Part shown: positions 1 through 8,520 of the stretch, one piece after another | Layout of the letters: every line of letters starts with the position of its first letter | Numbering within the stretch: the stretch's first letter is position 1 | Origin: an uncultured Gemmatimonadales bacterium | GTDB lineage: Bacteria; Gemmatimonadota; Gemmatimonadetes; Gemmatimonadales; Gemmatimonadaceae | Assembly (NCBI GenBank): GCA_963793305.1 | Contig: CAWBZV010000005.1 | Location: 448,001 to 512,000, forward strand | DNA length: 64,000 nt | Reading direction: 5' to 3' | Translations under genes and position numbers: made by a program | The notes under the pieces: model-generated | Told to the model about the DNA's origin: nothing | The model's input: only the letters and a program-made list of their open reading frames with translations | Databases searched by the model: none

Positions 1-864
1 CCGAACGGCACGATCCAATATGGCCCGCTCGAGACGACCGCTCAGGTGTTCGCCGATGCCCAGGCGCGATTCGATTCGGCCATGAGCGTACTCGCGAAGG
101 ATACCATGAGCGCCGATGCTGCACTCATTCCGACCGAACAGAGTCTGGCGGCCATCGGCCTCGGCCGCACGCTGGTCGACGCCGGCAACTACGCGGCGGC
201 TGCGGCGGCGGTCGCCAACGTTCCCACGGACTTCGAGTTCGATCAAGGCTATTCCTCGACCAACCCGCGAACCGGCAACGGCGTCTACGAGTACACTGCC
301 GTTGAGGGTCGGTATTCGGTCGCCGACTTGGAAGGTGGCGTTGGGCTGCCCTATCGCTCGGCCAACGATCCGCGCGTGCTGTGGCTGGACACGCATAGCT
401 TCGGGTTCGATCGCACGGACTCGTTGTTCCTCGAGCTCAAATACACGTCCCTGAGTTCCCCAATTCCGTTGGCGACCGGCATTGAGGCGCGCTTGATTCA
501 AGCCGAGGCCGCGCTCGCCGCCAGCAACATGGCGGGCTACTTCTCGAACTTGAGCGCGGCGCGCTCCCAATCCTATACGGCGAACGGCGCCGGAGCCGCC
601 GCCCCAATCACGGCCGTGCCTGCCGGCATGACGGCGCTCCAGTTCCTGTTCCAAGAACGGGGCTTCGATCTCTGGCTCACGGCGCATCGCCTCGGCGACA
701 TGCGTCGTTTGATTCGTCAGTACGGTATGAACGTGAACGCAGTGTACCCGAACGGGCTGTATAAACCGCGCCCTGGTATCTTCGGCAATGACGTGGCGTT
801 GCCGATTCCGATCACTGAGGAAGGAAACCCGAATTTCAAGGCCTGCGACCCGACGATACCATAG
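1..864 (+). CDS. RagB/SusD-family outer-membrane nutrient-binding protein, C-terminal part (starts upstream of window)
   Basis: Frame 1 open from base 1; motifs EARLIQAEA, ERGFDLWLTAHRLGDMRR and LPIPITEEGNPN are typical of SusD/RagB C-termini; similar to 32011-33375. Confidence 0.85.
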   Translation, partial: PNGTIQYGPLETTAQVFADAQARFDSAMSVLAKDTMSADAALIPTEQSLAAIGLGRTLVDAGNYAAAAAAVANVPTDFEFDQGYSSTNPRTGNGVYEYTAVEGRYSVADLEGGVGLPYRSANDPRVLWLDTHSFGFDRTDSLFLELKYTSLSSPIPLATGIEARLIQAEAALAASNMAGYFSNLSAARSQSYTANGAGAAAPITAVPAGMTALQFLFQERGFDLWLTAHRLGDMRRLIRQYGMNVNAVYPNGLYKPRPGIFGNDVALPIPITEEGNPNFKACDPTIP

Positions 865-875
865 CGCGGATCATC

Positions 876-904
876 CGGAGGCGGCGGTACTCGCGCCGCC
901 TCCG
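876..904 (+). terminator. GC-rich hairpin after the susD-like gene
   Basis: cggaggcggcg-7 nt-cgccgcctccg, 11 bp after the stop; no clear U-tract. Confidence 0.55.
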
Positions 905-1062
905 ATCGCGTTGATCAGCAGCACGGCGCCCCATATTGCTGGGTACCAGAGCACGAGACCCCTCCCCAGACCAGCGAGCCACACGGCGACGGTTGGCGTC
1001 CGACGGGCATGGTCGCGCGCGAGCCGGCTGACTCACGATTCGACACACTCGAGGAGCCAATC

Positions 1063-1788
1063 GTGCCATCCATGATGCAACGAACGCTAGTGATCGCGAT
1101 GCTGGGGGCGGCGGCCTCGGCGGCCGCCCAAGAGCATGCGCTCACCACCACGGCGGGACTCACAGCGATTGGCGCCCACATGAAGGTCGCGACACTCGCC
1201 GGCCGGCAAGCGGTGGAGGTGACGCCGGCTACCCGCGATACCGGGCAGGTCGATGCGATGGCAATGGTCGACGGTAGCGGATTCGCCGATGGCACGATCG
1301 AGGTATGGATCACGGGTCATGTCGCGCCCGATACCCCGGATACGTCGTCGCGCGGGTTCATTGGCATCGCGTTCCGGAGCGCCACTGAGGGGAAGCAGTT
1401 CGAGAACATCTATCTGCGCATGACCAACGGTCGGGCTGAGCAGCAGCTGCGGCGGAACCACTCGGTGCAGTACGAATCGGTTCCGGAGTATCGGTGGTTT
1501 CGCCTCCGGAAGGAGACCCCAGGACAGTACGAGTCGTACGTGGACATCCAGCCTGACGTGTGGGCGAAGCTCCGGATCGTCGTCAGCGGTCGACACGCGA
1601 CGTTGTACGTGAACGACGCGCCGCAGCCGATTCTCATCGTCAACGATCTGAAGGGGCCAATGACCGGAGGCCGAGTAGCGTTGTGGGTGGGCCCCGAGAG
1701 CGTCGGCTACTTCTCGCATCTCACGATCCACTCGAGGCCGGCGAGTCCTGGTGCAGCAGGTGGAGCTGGGAGCGGGCCGCAGCGATAA
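1063..1788 (+). CDS. Secreted DUF1080/LamG-like beta-sandwich protein
   Basis: GAGGAG before GTG 1063; signal peptide; GFIGIAFR, ENIYLR, VQYESVPEYRW, YESYVDI, LIVNDLK motifs; paralog of 3109-3813. Confidence 0.7.
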   Translation: MPSMMQRTLVIAMLGAAASAAAQEHALTTTAGLTAIGAHMKVATLAGRQAVEVTPATRDTGQVDAMAMVDGSGFADGTIEVWITGHVAPDTPDTSSRGFIGIAFRSATEGKQFENIYLRMTNGRAEQQLRRNHSVQYESVPEYRWFRLRKETPGQYESYVDIQPDVWAKLRIVVSGRHATLYVNDAPQPILIVNDLKGPMTGGRVALWVGPESVGYFSHLTIHSRPASPGAAGGAGSGPQR

Positions 1789-3052
1789 TGTCCCGGTCGT
1801 TCGCCCACACGAGGATGGAGGCGGTGGCGCGCATCTCGGCTTCGCCGATGGTGACCGCGGTGCGCAGCTCGGTGACTGCGTGCGGCGTGTCGCCGGCGGC
1901 GGCGAGTGCTTCGCCCAAGCTCTCGTGGGCGTTGGCCGAGTGGGGGTAGTGATCGAGGTTCTCGCGGAAGAGCATCGTGGCGAGTCCGGTGTGCTTGACC
2001 TGCAGGCTGTAGGAGCCGAGCACGTCCAGCGGACCTTCGGGGAATGGCGTGGGGATTCCCAGGGACTTTGCGGCGGTGGTGTAGCGCGATTCGAGGTCGC
2101 GAGCCACTTGGTGGATTGCCGCTGAGTCCTCGGTGTGGCTATTCGTGAGTTGTAGGAATACCGAGTCAATCGGCACGACGATCGGTTCGAATGCCATGCG
2201 GAGCCCGTCGACCAGGCTTTGCATGGGTGTTACGTCGTGCTCGGTGTTGGGATAGGTGCGGCGATCGAAGCGCAGGGTTGTGTTGTGCGTGCTATCGAGC
2301 GCGGCGTGCAGTTGATCGGTAAACGTGGTGGTTGCGATATCGATCGGCCCTTGGAGGCCGCCGACCTCCAGTCCGCCGCTGGTGACGAATAGCGTCCGTT
2401 CCCGCTGCGTGTCCGCCGCGAGGTGTGCCGCTGCCTGCTTGCTGAAGGCGCCGTCGTTCCAGTAGACGGCCGGGCTCATGGCAATAACGATGCGAAACAC
2501 ATCCGGTCGGGTGACCATCGCGTGGAGCGCGATGAGGCCGCCCAACGAGTGCCCGGCCAGGATCCGGGTCGGCAGCGTGGGATAGTGTGCGTCGGCCCAC
2601 GGGAGGAGCTCGTCGGCATAGAACTGGAGGGTCTCATCGGCGCCGCCGGCTTGAGGGAACCGCTGCGCTGTAGTCCCGGTGGCGGACGGCGAGAGCTCGT
2701 GCATGCGGTTCGCGAGGAACGGGACGCCGAGGACCATGATCGGCGGTACCAGGCCGCGATCGATCAGGAACTGGATGTTGGCGAGCGCTGCGCGGAACTG
2801 GGTCTTCTCCTCGGCATCCGGAAAGACCAGAACGACGTAGCGGACGCCCGTCTTGGGGAGGCCGGACGGGAGCCAGACGGAGACATTGCGCGCGGTGTTG
2901 TACACCTTGGAAGGCACATGAACGTGAGTCACGGTCATCAGGGTCTCGTGCGGGTCCGCCGACGTGTAGCGGAGGCCGGGTTGGGCTTCGAGATGACTGG
3001 CGAGGACACACGCGCAGGCCGGGAGCCAGCATTTGCGGAGGAGTGAAGTCAT
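1721..3052 (-). CDS. Secreted alpha/beta-hydrolase (IroE/esterase-like) with C-terminal TPR
   Basis: Signal peptide, GHSLGG nucleophile elbow, C-terminal YPHSANAHESLGEA TPR. Confidence 0.8.
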   Translation of the reverse strand: MTSLLRKCWLPACACVLASHLEAQPGLRYTSADPHETLMTVTHVHVPSKVYNTARNVSVWLPSGLPKTGVRYVVLVFPDAEEKTQFRAALANIQFLIDRGLVPPIMVLGVPFLANRMHELSPSATGTTAQRFPQAGGADETLQFYADELLPWADAHYPTLPTRILAGHSLGGLIALHAMVTRPDVFRIVIAMSPAVYWNDGAFSKQAAAHLAADTQRERTLFVTSGGLEVGGLQGPIDIATTTFTDQLHAALDSTHNTTLRFDRRTYPNTEHDVTPMQSLVDGLRMAFEPIVVPIDSVFLQLTNSHTEDSAAIHQVARDLESRYTTAAKSLGIPTPFPEGPLDVLGSYSLQVKHTGLATMLFRENLDHYPHSANAHESLGEALAAAGDTPHAVTELRTAVTIGEAEMRATASILVWANDRDIIAAARSQLHLLHQDSPASSGS

Positions 3053-3108
3053 GAGAGTGATCGTCAGCGGAGGTTTGCTTCAGGTGAGGTGACGGGGTGT
3101 CGTCGCGC

Positions 3109-3813
3109 TCATTCCGTGGGTTCGATGCGAAAGTTCGAGAAGTAGGCGTCCGTGCTGATGCGCGCCCAGAGGGCGATCGGTCCGTGGCTGTCGCCCAGCT
3201 TGAGATCATTGACGATGAGGCACGGCTCTCGAGCGTCGTTCACATAGAGCGCGGCGCGGGTGCCGGACACGACGATGCGGAGATGCTCCCAGGCGCCGGG
3301 CTCGAGGTCCACGTACGACTCGTACTCGCCCAGGTGTTCGCCGCGGAGGCGGTCGAACGGGTAGTCGGGCATGGACTCGTACTGCGTGGAGAGGTTCCGG
3401 TACAGTTGGTTTCGGAGGCGGGCGTTTTCGGGGCGGACGTAGATCCGTTCGAGGCTGTCGCCGTGAATGCGGAAGCTGACGCCGATCATCCCCTTGAAGC
3501 CGATCATCTCGTCTTCGGTTTTGGGGTAGCCTTCGCGTCGCGCGCCGGCCACATTGACTTCGATCACCCCGTTGTGAAAATCGGATTCCGTCAATATCGC
3601 AGAGAGGCGGACGTTGGTGTCATGCTCGTGGCCTTCGAGGGGCGCCAAGTTGAGTGCGCGCCGGCCGCGATAGTCGACCCAGCGAATGCGGGCGTTGGAG
3701 AGTTGGAGGGGGGTCGAATCGAGCGCGATGTGACCCTGTGTCGGGGTGGTCTGGGCAGACGCGGTTGCCGCGGCGAAGCAGATGGCAATGCCGTTTCGCG
3801 CGGAAGCGGGCAT
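3109..3813 (-). CDS. Secreted DUF1080/LamG-like protein
   Basis: GGAG before ATG 3813; signal peptide; TQYESMPDYPF, YESYVDL, LIVNDLKLG motifs shared with 1063-1788. Confidence 0.7.
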   Translation of the reverse strand: MPASARNGIAICFAAATASAQTTPTQGHIALDSTPLQLSNARIRWVDYRGRRALNLAPLEGHEHDTNVRLSAILTESDFHNGVIEVNVAGARREGYPKTEDEMIGFKGMIGVSFRIHGDSLERIYVRPENARLRNQLYRNLSTQYESMPDYPFDRLRGEHLGEYESYVDLEPGAWEHLRIVVSGTRAALYVNDAREPCLIVNDLKLGDSHGPIALWARISTDAYFSNFRIEPTE

Positions 3814-3888
3814 GGGCAAGCTGGGACTCCAGTGGTCATGCAGGCGACTGAGGCGCCGATCGAAATCTCCCGTGCCTGAGTGCGCTGT

Positions 3889-3908
3889 GTCTTGAACGAT
3901 CGCAACAT
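3889..3908 (-). promoter_or_regulatory. Conserved promoter motif copy 1 (ATGTTG-CGATCGTT-CAAGAC)
   Basis: Points to gene starting at 3813; GAGATT -10-like hexamer 19 bp downstream. Confidence 0.8.
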
Positions 3909-3931
3909 GCGGTTCGAGCGGTCGAACCCGC
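3909..3931 (-). terminator. Hairpin directly after the MBL gene stop
   Basis: gcggttcgagcggtcgaacccgc imperfect inverted repeat abutting stop at 3932. Confidence 0.4.
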
Positions 3932-5035
3932 TCAGAACGACTCCGCGCGGAGCTCCTCGAAGGCCCGCGGGATAGCGAAGGTGAGAAAATAGTTCTTGAA
4001 ACTCCACTGTCGGCCAAAGTCATTGCCCGCCATCTCGGCTGCGAAGCGCGAGAGGTCTACGCGTTTTTTCACAGAGTCGACTTGATTGGCGTCGACAAAT
4101 CCTGCGCGCATGGCGGCACGGACCTGGGACAGGAGCGCGTCGATCAGCGCCTTTTCGGAGCGGACGTAGTCCCAGGATGACAGCACGGGGCCATGACCGG
4201 GAACGATCACTTTGACGCCGTCCATTTGTTCGAGGCGGGCGAGCGATTCGCTCCACGCACGAAAGTGCGACAAGATGCCGTAGGGGACCGGCGCGATCAC
4301 CAGGTCGCCGGTGATAAGCGTGCCCTGTTCCGGGATGAACGCGACGACGTCCCCTATCGTATGGCCGACGTACTTCCGCAGCTGGACATGGCGATCGCCA
4401 AGGTCGAGGTCTAGGTCGCCTTCGAACGTCAGCGTCGGTTGGACCAGGCGTGTCTCTCGCCACGTTGGCCATTCCAGCGCCGCTTGGTCCAAGCCGGCCA
4501 TGTCGTGCGCGGCTTCTTCCGGCGTGTAGGGCGAGCCGTCGGGGTCCTTCCCGGTCGCTTGTTGCTGGATCACCTTCTTGCGCTGTCCGGCGACCACCTC
4601 GGGCGTGAGCGCGAGCTGTTGCGCGAGATACCATGGGTTGCGCCACACCGAGTAGTCCCGGGTCGCGCCGCTGGCGATGATCTCGACGCCAGGGAATTGC
4701 TCGGCGTACACCTGATTGCCCGCCATGTGGTCCAAGTGCCAGTGCGTGTTGACCACGTACTTGACCGGAAGAGATGTCTTCGTCCGAATCCACTTGACGT
4801 GCTCGCGCGACAAGCGCACGCTCGGGACATCCACGACCAGGACGGCCTTCGAGCCGATGATCACCGTGGTGTTGCCATCGGGAAAGAAGTCGGTCGTGTT
4901 GTTCGGCGTGAATGCGAAGATACCCGGCGCAACTTCGGTCGGCGCCTGCGCGCACAGCTGGGGCGCGGGCAGCAGCGAGCGCACCAGGAGGGTGACCGCG
5001 ATCGAGGCGCGGCGTGGCGGGGCAAGAGAGAGCAT
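3932..5035 (-). CDS. Secreted MBL-fold metallo-hydrolase
   Basis: THWHLDH, GHT, GDL, PGHG motifs; ATG 5035 is 41.5 bp from motif copy 2 centre. Confidence 0.85.
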   Translation of the reverse strand: MLSLAPPRRASIAVTLLVRSLLPAPQLCAQAPTEVAPGIFAFTPNNTTDFFPDGNTTVIIGSKAVLVVDVPSVRLSREHVKWIRTKTSLPVKYVVNTHWHLDHMAGNQVYAEQFPGVEIIASGATRDYSVWRNPWYLAQQLALTPEVVAGQRKKVIQQQATGKDPDGSPYTPEEAAHDMAGLDQAALEWPTWRETRLVQPTLTFEGDLDLDLGDRHVQLRKYVGHTIGDVVAFIPEQGTLITGDLVIAPVPYGILSHFRAWSESLARLEQMDGVKVIVPGHGPVLSSWDYVRSEKALIDALLSQVRAAMRAGFVDANQVDSVKKRVDLSRFAAEMAGNDFGRQWSFKNYFLTFAIPRAFEELRAESF

Positions 5036-5066
5036 TGGTGATGTGTACGCTCGCGGGGGCGGTGCG

Positions 5067-5086
5067 GTCTTGAACGTCCGCAACCT
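5067..5086 (-). promoter_or_regulatory. Motif copy 2 (AGGTTG-CGGACGTT-CAAGAC)
   Basis: Centre 5076.5, 41.5 bp from ATG 5035. Confidence 0.8.
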
Positions 5087-5087
5087 G

Positions 5088-5107
5088 ACGTTGGGTTTGT
5101 TCCAGAC
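5088..5107 (+). promoter_or_regulatory. Motif copy 3 (ACGTTG-GGTTTGTT-CCAGAC)
   Basis: TAGGTT at 5126-5131; centre 5097.5 is 41.5 bp from ATG 5139. Confidence 0.8.
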
Positions 5108-5138
5108 GCGAGGGCGCGACCAGGCTAGGTTCGGACGA

Positions 5139-5726
5139 ATGCATCCTGTCGATTCGCTGTCCCTCCGGTCCATTGGTCGCGCGATCGGTGTCGCCGCCGC
5201 GTTGGCGCTGGCGTCCACGCGGCCCGCAGCTGCGCAGGCACCGCCGGCGACGGATACGTCGTCGCCGCCCGCCGCACCCGCCGACGTGCGCTCGCTCGAT
5301 GCGATCATGCACGCGGTATACGATGTCGTTTCTGGTCCGGCCGGTGGGCGCAACTGGCCGCGAATGTATTCGCTGTTTATCCCGGGTGGACGATTCGTAC
5401 CGACCTACCGTGACACGACTGGCGCGATCCACGTCGAGACCATGACGCCGCAGGGGTACGTGCGGTTGTACGGCGATTATTTCTTGCATCATGGCTTTTA
5501 CGAGCGAGAGATCGGCCGCGAGGTGACGGCGTTCGGGCCGATGACGCACGTGTTCAGCACCTACGAATCGAGACACGCGAGTGACGACCCGAAACCGTTC
5601 GTTCGCGGGATCAACAGCTTTCAATTGTTCAATGATGGCACGCGCTGGTACGTGGTGAATGTCTACTGGGCTGAGGAAGGCCCTCACGACTCGATCCCTC
5701 GCCGCTTTCTGGGGGAGGATAAGTGA
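5139..5726 (+). CDS. Secreted NTF2/SnoaL-like hypothetical protein
   Basis: Signal peptide; YDVVSGPAG..RNW, HVFSTYE, RGINSFQL motifs of a common bacterial NTF2-like family. Confidence 0.7.
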   Translation: MHPVDSLSLRSIGRAIGVAAALALASTRPAAAQAPPATDTSSPPAAPADVRSLDAIMHAVYDVVSGPAGGRNWPRMYSLFIPGGRFVPTYRDTTGAIHVETMTPQGYVRLYGDYFLHHGFYEREIGREVTAFGPMTHVFSTYESRHASDDPKPFVRGINSFQLFNDGTRWYVVNVYWAEEGPHDSIPRRFLGEDK

Positions 5727-7681
5727 TCGTGCCGCTCCGTGCGTTCGCGTGCGTCGTGCTGGCCGGCGGGTGGGTGACCGCTGCGGCGCAACCGGCACGT
5801 CCGCGCTTCGATAGCACCGGTGTCGGTGATACATTGATCTTCGCGCCGCTCCTGCTTCCCGCGCCCAGCGTGTATCGCGCGGGGTCTGGTGCGCCAGGGG
5901 CGCAGTACTGGCAGAATCGCGCGGATTATGATCTGACCGCGGTCCTCGATACCGCTACGCAGAGTATCCGAGGCACCGCCCATATGCGGTATACCAATCA
6001 CTCGCCGGATACGCTGCGGTTCCTGTGGTTTCAGATGGAGCAGAACGCGTTCATGCCGGGGTCGCTCAACGGATTGGTGTACGACCAAGACACACGGTTC
6101 GGCGGGCGCTCGTTCGAAGGCGGCGATCGCATTGATCATGTCACGCAGATCCGGGGGGCCAACGCGACCGCGCTCGTCGCCCGCGTCGACGGTACGCAGA
6201 TGAAAGTCGATCTGGCGCAGCCGTTGGCGCCCGGTGGTATCGCCGTGATCGACATTGCGTGGCACTTCGCGGTGCCTGAGCACGGCGCGGACCGGATGGG
6301 CCACGACGGTACGCTCTACGAAATGGCGCAATGGTATCCGCGGGTCGCGGTCTATGACGACATTCATGGGTGGAACATTGAGCCGTATCTGGGGCAGGGT
6401 GAGTTTTACCTGGAGTACGGCGATTTCACCTACGCGGTCACGGTGCCGGCGGGCTATATCGTCGGTGGGACGGGAACGCTCCAGAATCCGGAACAGGTGC
6501 TGACCGCGGTCGAGCGCGAACGGCTCGCGCGCGCCGCGCACAGCGCGAAGACGATCGCGATCGTGACGGCCGCCGAATTGATGAGTGGCGCGGCCAGGCC
6601 GTCGCGGACCGGGATGCTGACCTGGCGTTTTGCGGCGCACAACGTCCGCGACGTGGCGTGGGCGGCCTCGCCCAACTATCAGTGGGATGCCGCGAGCTGG
6701 CACGGGATTCTCGCTCAGGCGTACTATCGGCCGAAGGCCACGGAGACGTGGTATGAAGCCGCGGATATGTCGCGCACGTCGATCGAGGAATACTCGACGC
6801 GGTGGTTCCTGTATCCCTATCCGCAGATCACCGCCCTCGAAGGTCCGGTGAGCGGTATGGAATACCCCATGGTGGCCATGGAGTCCGTCACCCCGGACCG
6901 GTACTCGCTCTACAACGTGGTGACGCACGAAATCGGGCACACGTGGTTCCCGATGATCGTGGGCTCGAACGAGCGCGTGCACTTCTGGCAAGACGAGGGG
7001 CTCAATACGTTCATTAACACATTCGCCGAAGCCGCTCGGTATCCGGAGCAGGGCGACCAGATGCAGCGTGCGGCGGGGGAGCGCGAAGACATTGTGCAGT
7101 CGGAGTCACTCGGTGTCGACGTGCCGACGGAGCTGGGCGCCGATCGCGTGCCGTCGAATCGCCTGGGCTCCGACGACTATAACAAACCCTCGGTTGCCCT
7201 TCAGCTGCTCCGGCAGGAGATCTTGGGGCCGGCGGCGTTCGACGACGCGTTTCGCGAGTACATTCGCCGTTGGGCTTACAAGCACCCGGCCCCCGCTGAC
7301 TTCTTCCGGACGATGGAGGATGTCGGGGGCCGGCGGCTCGACTGGTTCTGGCGAGAGATGTTCGTCGAGAATATTCACTTCGATCAAGCGATCGACACGG
7401 TCATTGTGAGGGCGGCGCCCGGCGTGGACTCGGTCACGGTCGCGTACGCGAATCGGGCGCGGGGTGTGCTCCCGATTCGAGCGCGGTTCACCTTCAGCGA
7501 CGGCGCGACGCAAGATTTCTTCTATCCGGCCGAGGTGTGGAGCCGGAATACCACGCGCTACGTGCGTCGCTACGTGTTCGAGGGCAAGCATGTCACGCGT
7601 ATCGAGCTCGATCCCGAGCATCGGCTGATCGACATTGATCGCAGCAACAATGTCTGGTCCGTGAATCGTCCGACCACGTGA
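5723..7681 (+). CDS. M1-family metallopeptidase, secreted
   Basis: GMEYP and HEIGH(x18)E motifs, YWQNRADY N-terminus; GTGA overlap with upstream gene. Confidence 0.9.
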   Translation: MIVPLRAFACVVLAGGWVTAAAQPARPRFDSTGVGDTLIFAPLLLPAPSVYRAGSGAPGAQYWQNRADYDLTAVLDTATQSIRGTAHMRYTNHSPDTLRFLWFQMEQNAFMPGSLNGLVYDQDTRFGGRSFEGGDRIDHVTQIRGANATALVARVDGTQMKVDLAQPLAPGGIAVIDIAWHFAVPEHGADRMGHDGTLYEMAQWYPRVAVYDDIHGWNIEPYLGQGEFYLEYGDFTYAVTVPAGYIVGGTGTLQNPEQVLTAVERERLARAAHSAKTIAIVTAAELMSGAARPSRTGMLTWRFAAHNVRDVAWAASPNYQWDAASWHGILAQAYYRPKATETWYEAADMSRTSIEEYSTRWFLYPYPQITALEGPVSGMEYPMVAMESVTPDRYSLYNVVTHEIGHTWFPMIVGSNERVHFWQDEGLNTFINTFAEAARYPEQGDQMQRAAGEREDIVQSESLGVDVPTELGADRVPSNRLGSDDYNKPSVALQLLRQEILGPAAFDDAFREYIRRWAYKHPAPADFFRTMEDVGGRRLDWFWREMFVENIHFDQAIDTVIVRAAPGVDSVTVAYANRARGVLPIRARFTFSDGATQDFFYPAEVWSRNTTRYVRRYVFEGKHVTRIELDPEHRLIDIDRSNNVWSVNRPTT

Positions 7682-8011
7682 TGGGGGCTGTCGCCGCAGC
7701 ATTGGTGCCGCCGCTCGAGCCATTCCGGCAGGCGTTCGATGCGCTACGGGATCTCATGCGGGTCCCGGGGGCGTCGCAGCTGCCGTATCGGGTGCTGCCC
7801 GAGGAGCTTCCCACGCATTCTCATTGCGCTCGATAGTGGCACCGCTGCCCGCGCGACCGAGCTCGCCCGGCGCCTCGCGCGCCGGGGCGTCGTGGCATCG
7901 CCGCGGGGGTCGCGTCTTCGTTTCGGGTTTCACGCGTTCAACACCACGGCTGATGTTGCGCGTGCGCTCGCGTGGCTCGCGCGCGCCGCGCACCACACTC
8001 CCGGCGCATGA
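7681..8011 (+). pseudogene. Remnant of a class V PLP aminotransferase
   Basis: Only the C-terminal RGVVASPRGSRLRFGFHAFNTTADV segment is recognisable; far too short, no PLP-lysine region. Confidence 0.6.
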
Positions 8012-8520
8012 CGCACGCGCTGTTCGTCCACACCGACGTCCTCGCGCCGGAGGACGGTTGGACGCCGGTTGAGCCGCTTCGCGCGCTGGGTCCGATTCGC
8101 TCATTCGTGTCGGGAGATCCGGCGAGCGAGCGTATACGGATCGCGTATTTCCGACGAGAGGCCGATGGGATGCTCGTGGCGAAGGTCTGGTTCGGGCCTG
8201 ACGCCGAGGGGCCGCCTGGACACGCGCACGGTGGCGCGATCGCTTCGGTGCTGGATGACGCGATGGGTGCGGCGGCGTGGGCGGCGGGCCGCCGCGTGGT
8301 GACGTTGACGCTCCAGGTGCGTTTCCGGGCGATGGTGCCGTTACAGGTGGTGGTGATAGTGGAGGCGCTCGTGCGCGCGACGCACGTCGGTCGACTGCAT
8401 CTGACCGCGCAGTTACGCGACAGCGGTGGGGTGCCATTCGCCGAGGCATCGGGGGGCTTCGTGCGGATCGCGCTGGAGCAGATCGGGCTGTCGCGCGCGC
8501 AACTGGTCGATCGCACGTGA
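8008..8520 (+). CDS. PaaI-family (hotdog) thioesterase
   Basis: EGPPGHAHGGAIASVLDDAMG motif. Confidence 0.85.
   Translation: MTHALFVHTDVLAPEDGWTPVEPLRALGPIRSFVSGDPASERIRIAYFRREADGMLVAKVWFGPDAEGPPGHAHGGAIASVLDDAMGAAAWAAGRRVVTLTLQVRFRAMVPLQVVVIVEALVRATHVGRLHLTAQLRDSGGVPFAEASGGFVRIALEQIGLSRAQLVDRT

Noticed and set aside
933..952. Weak motif-like strings (ATATTGCTGGGTACCAGAG at ~933; ACGTTGCGCGCG at ~12566; ATGTTGGTTG at ~50665)
   Set aside because: Wrong spacer length or missing right arm.
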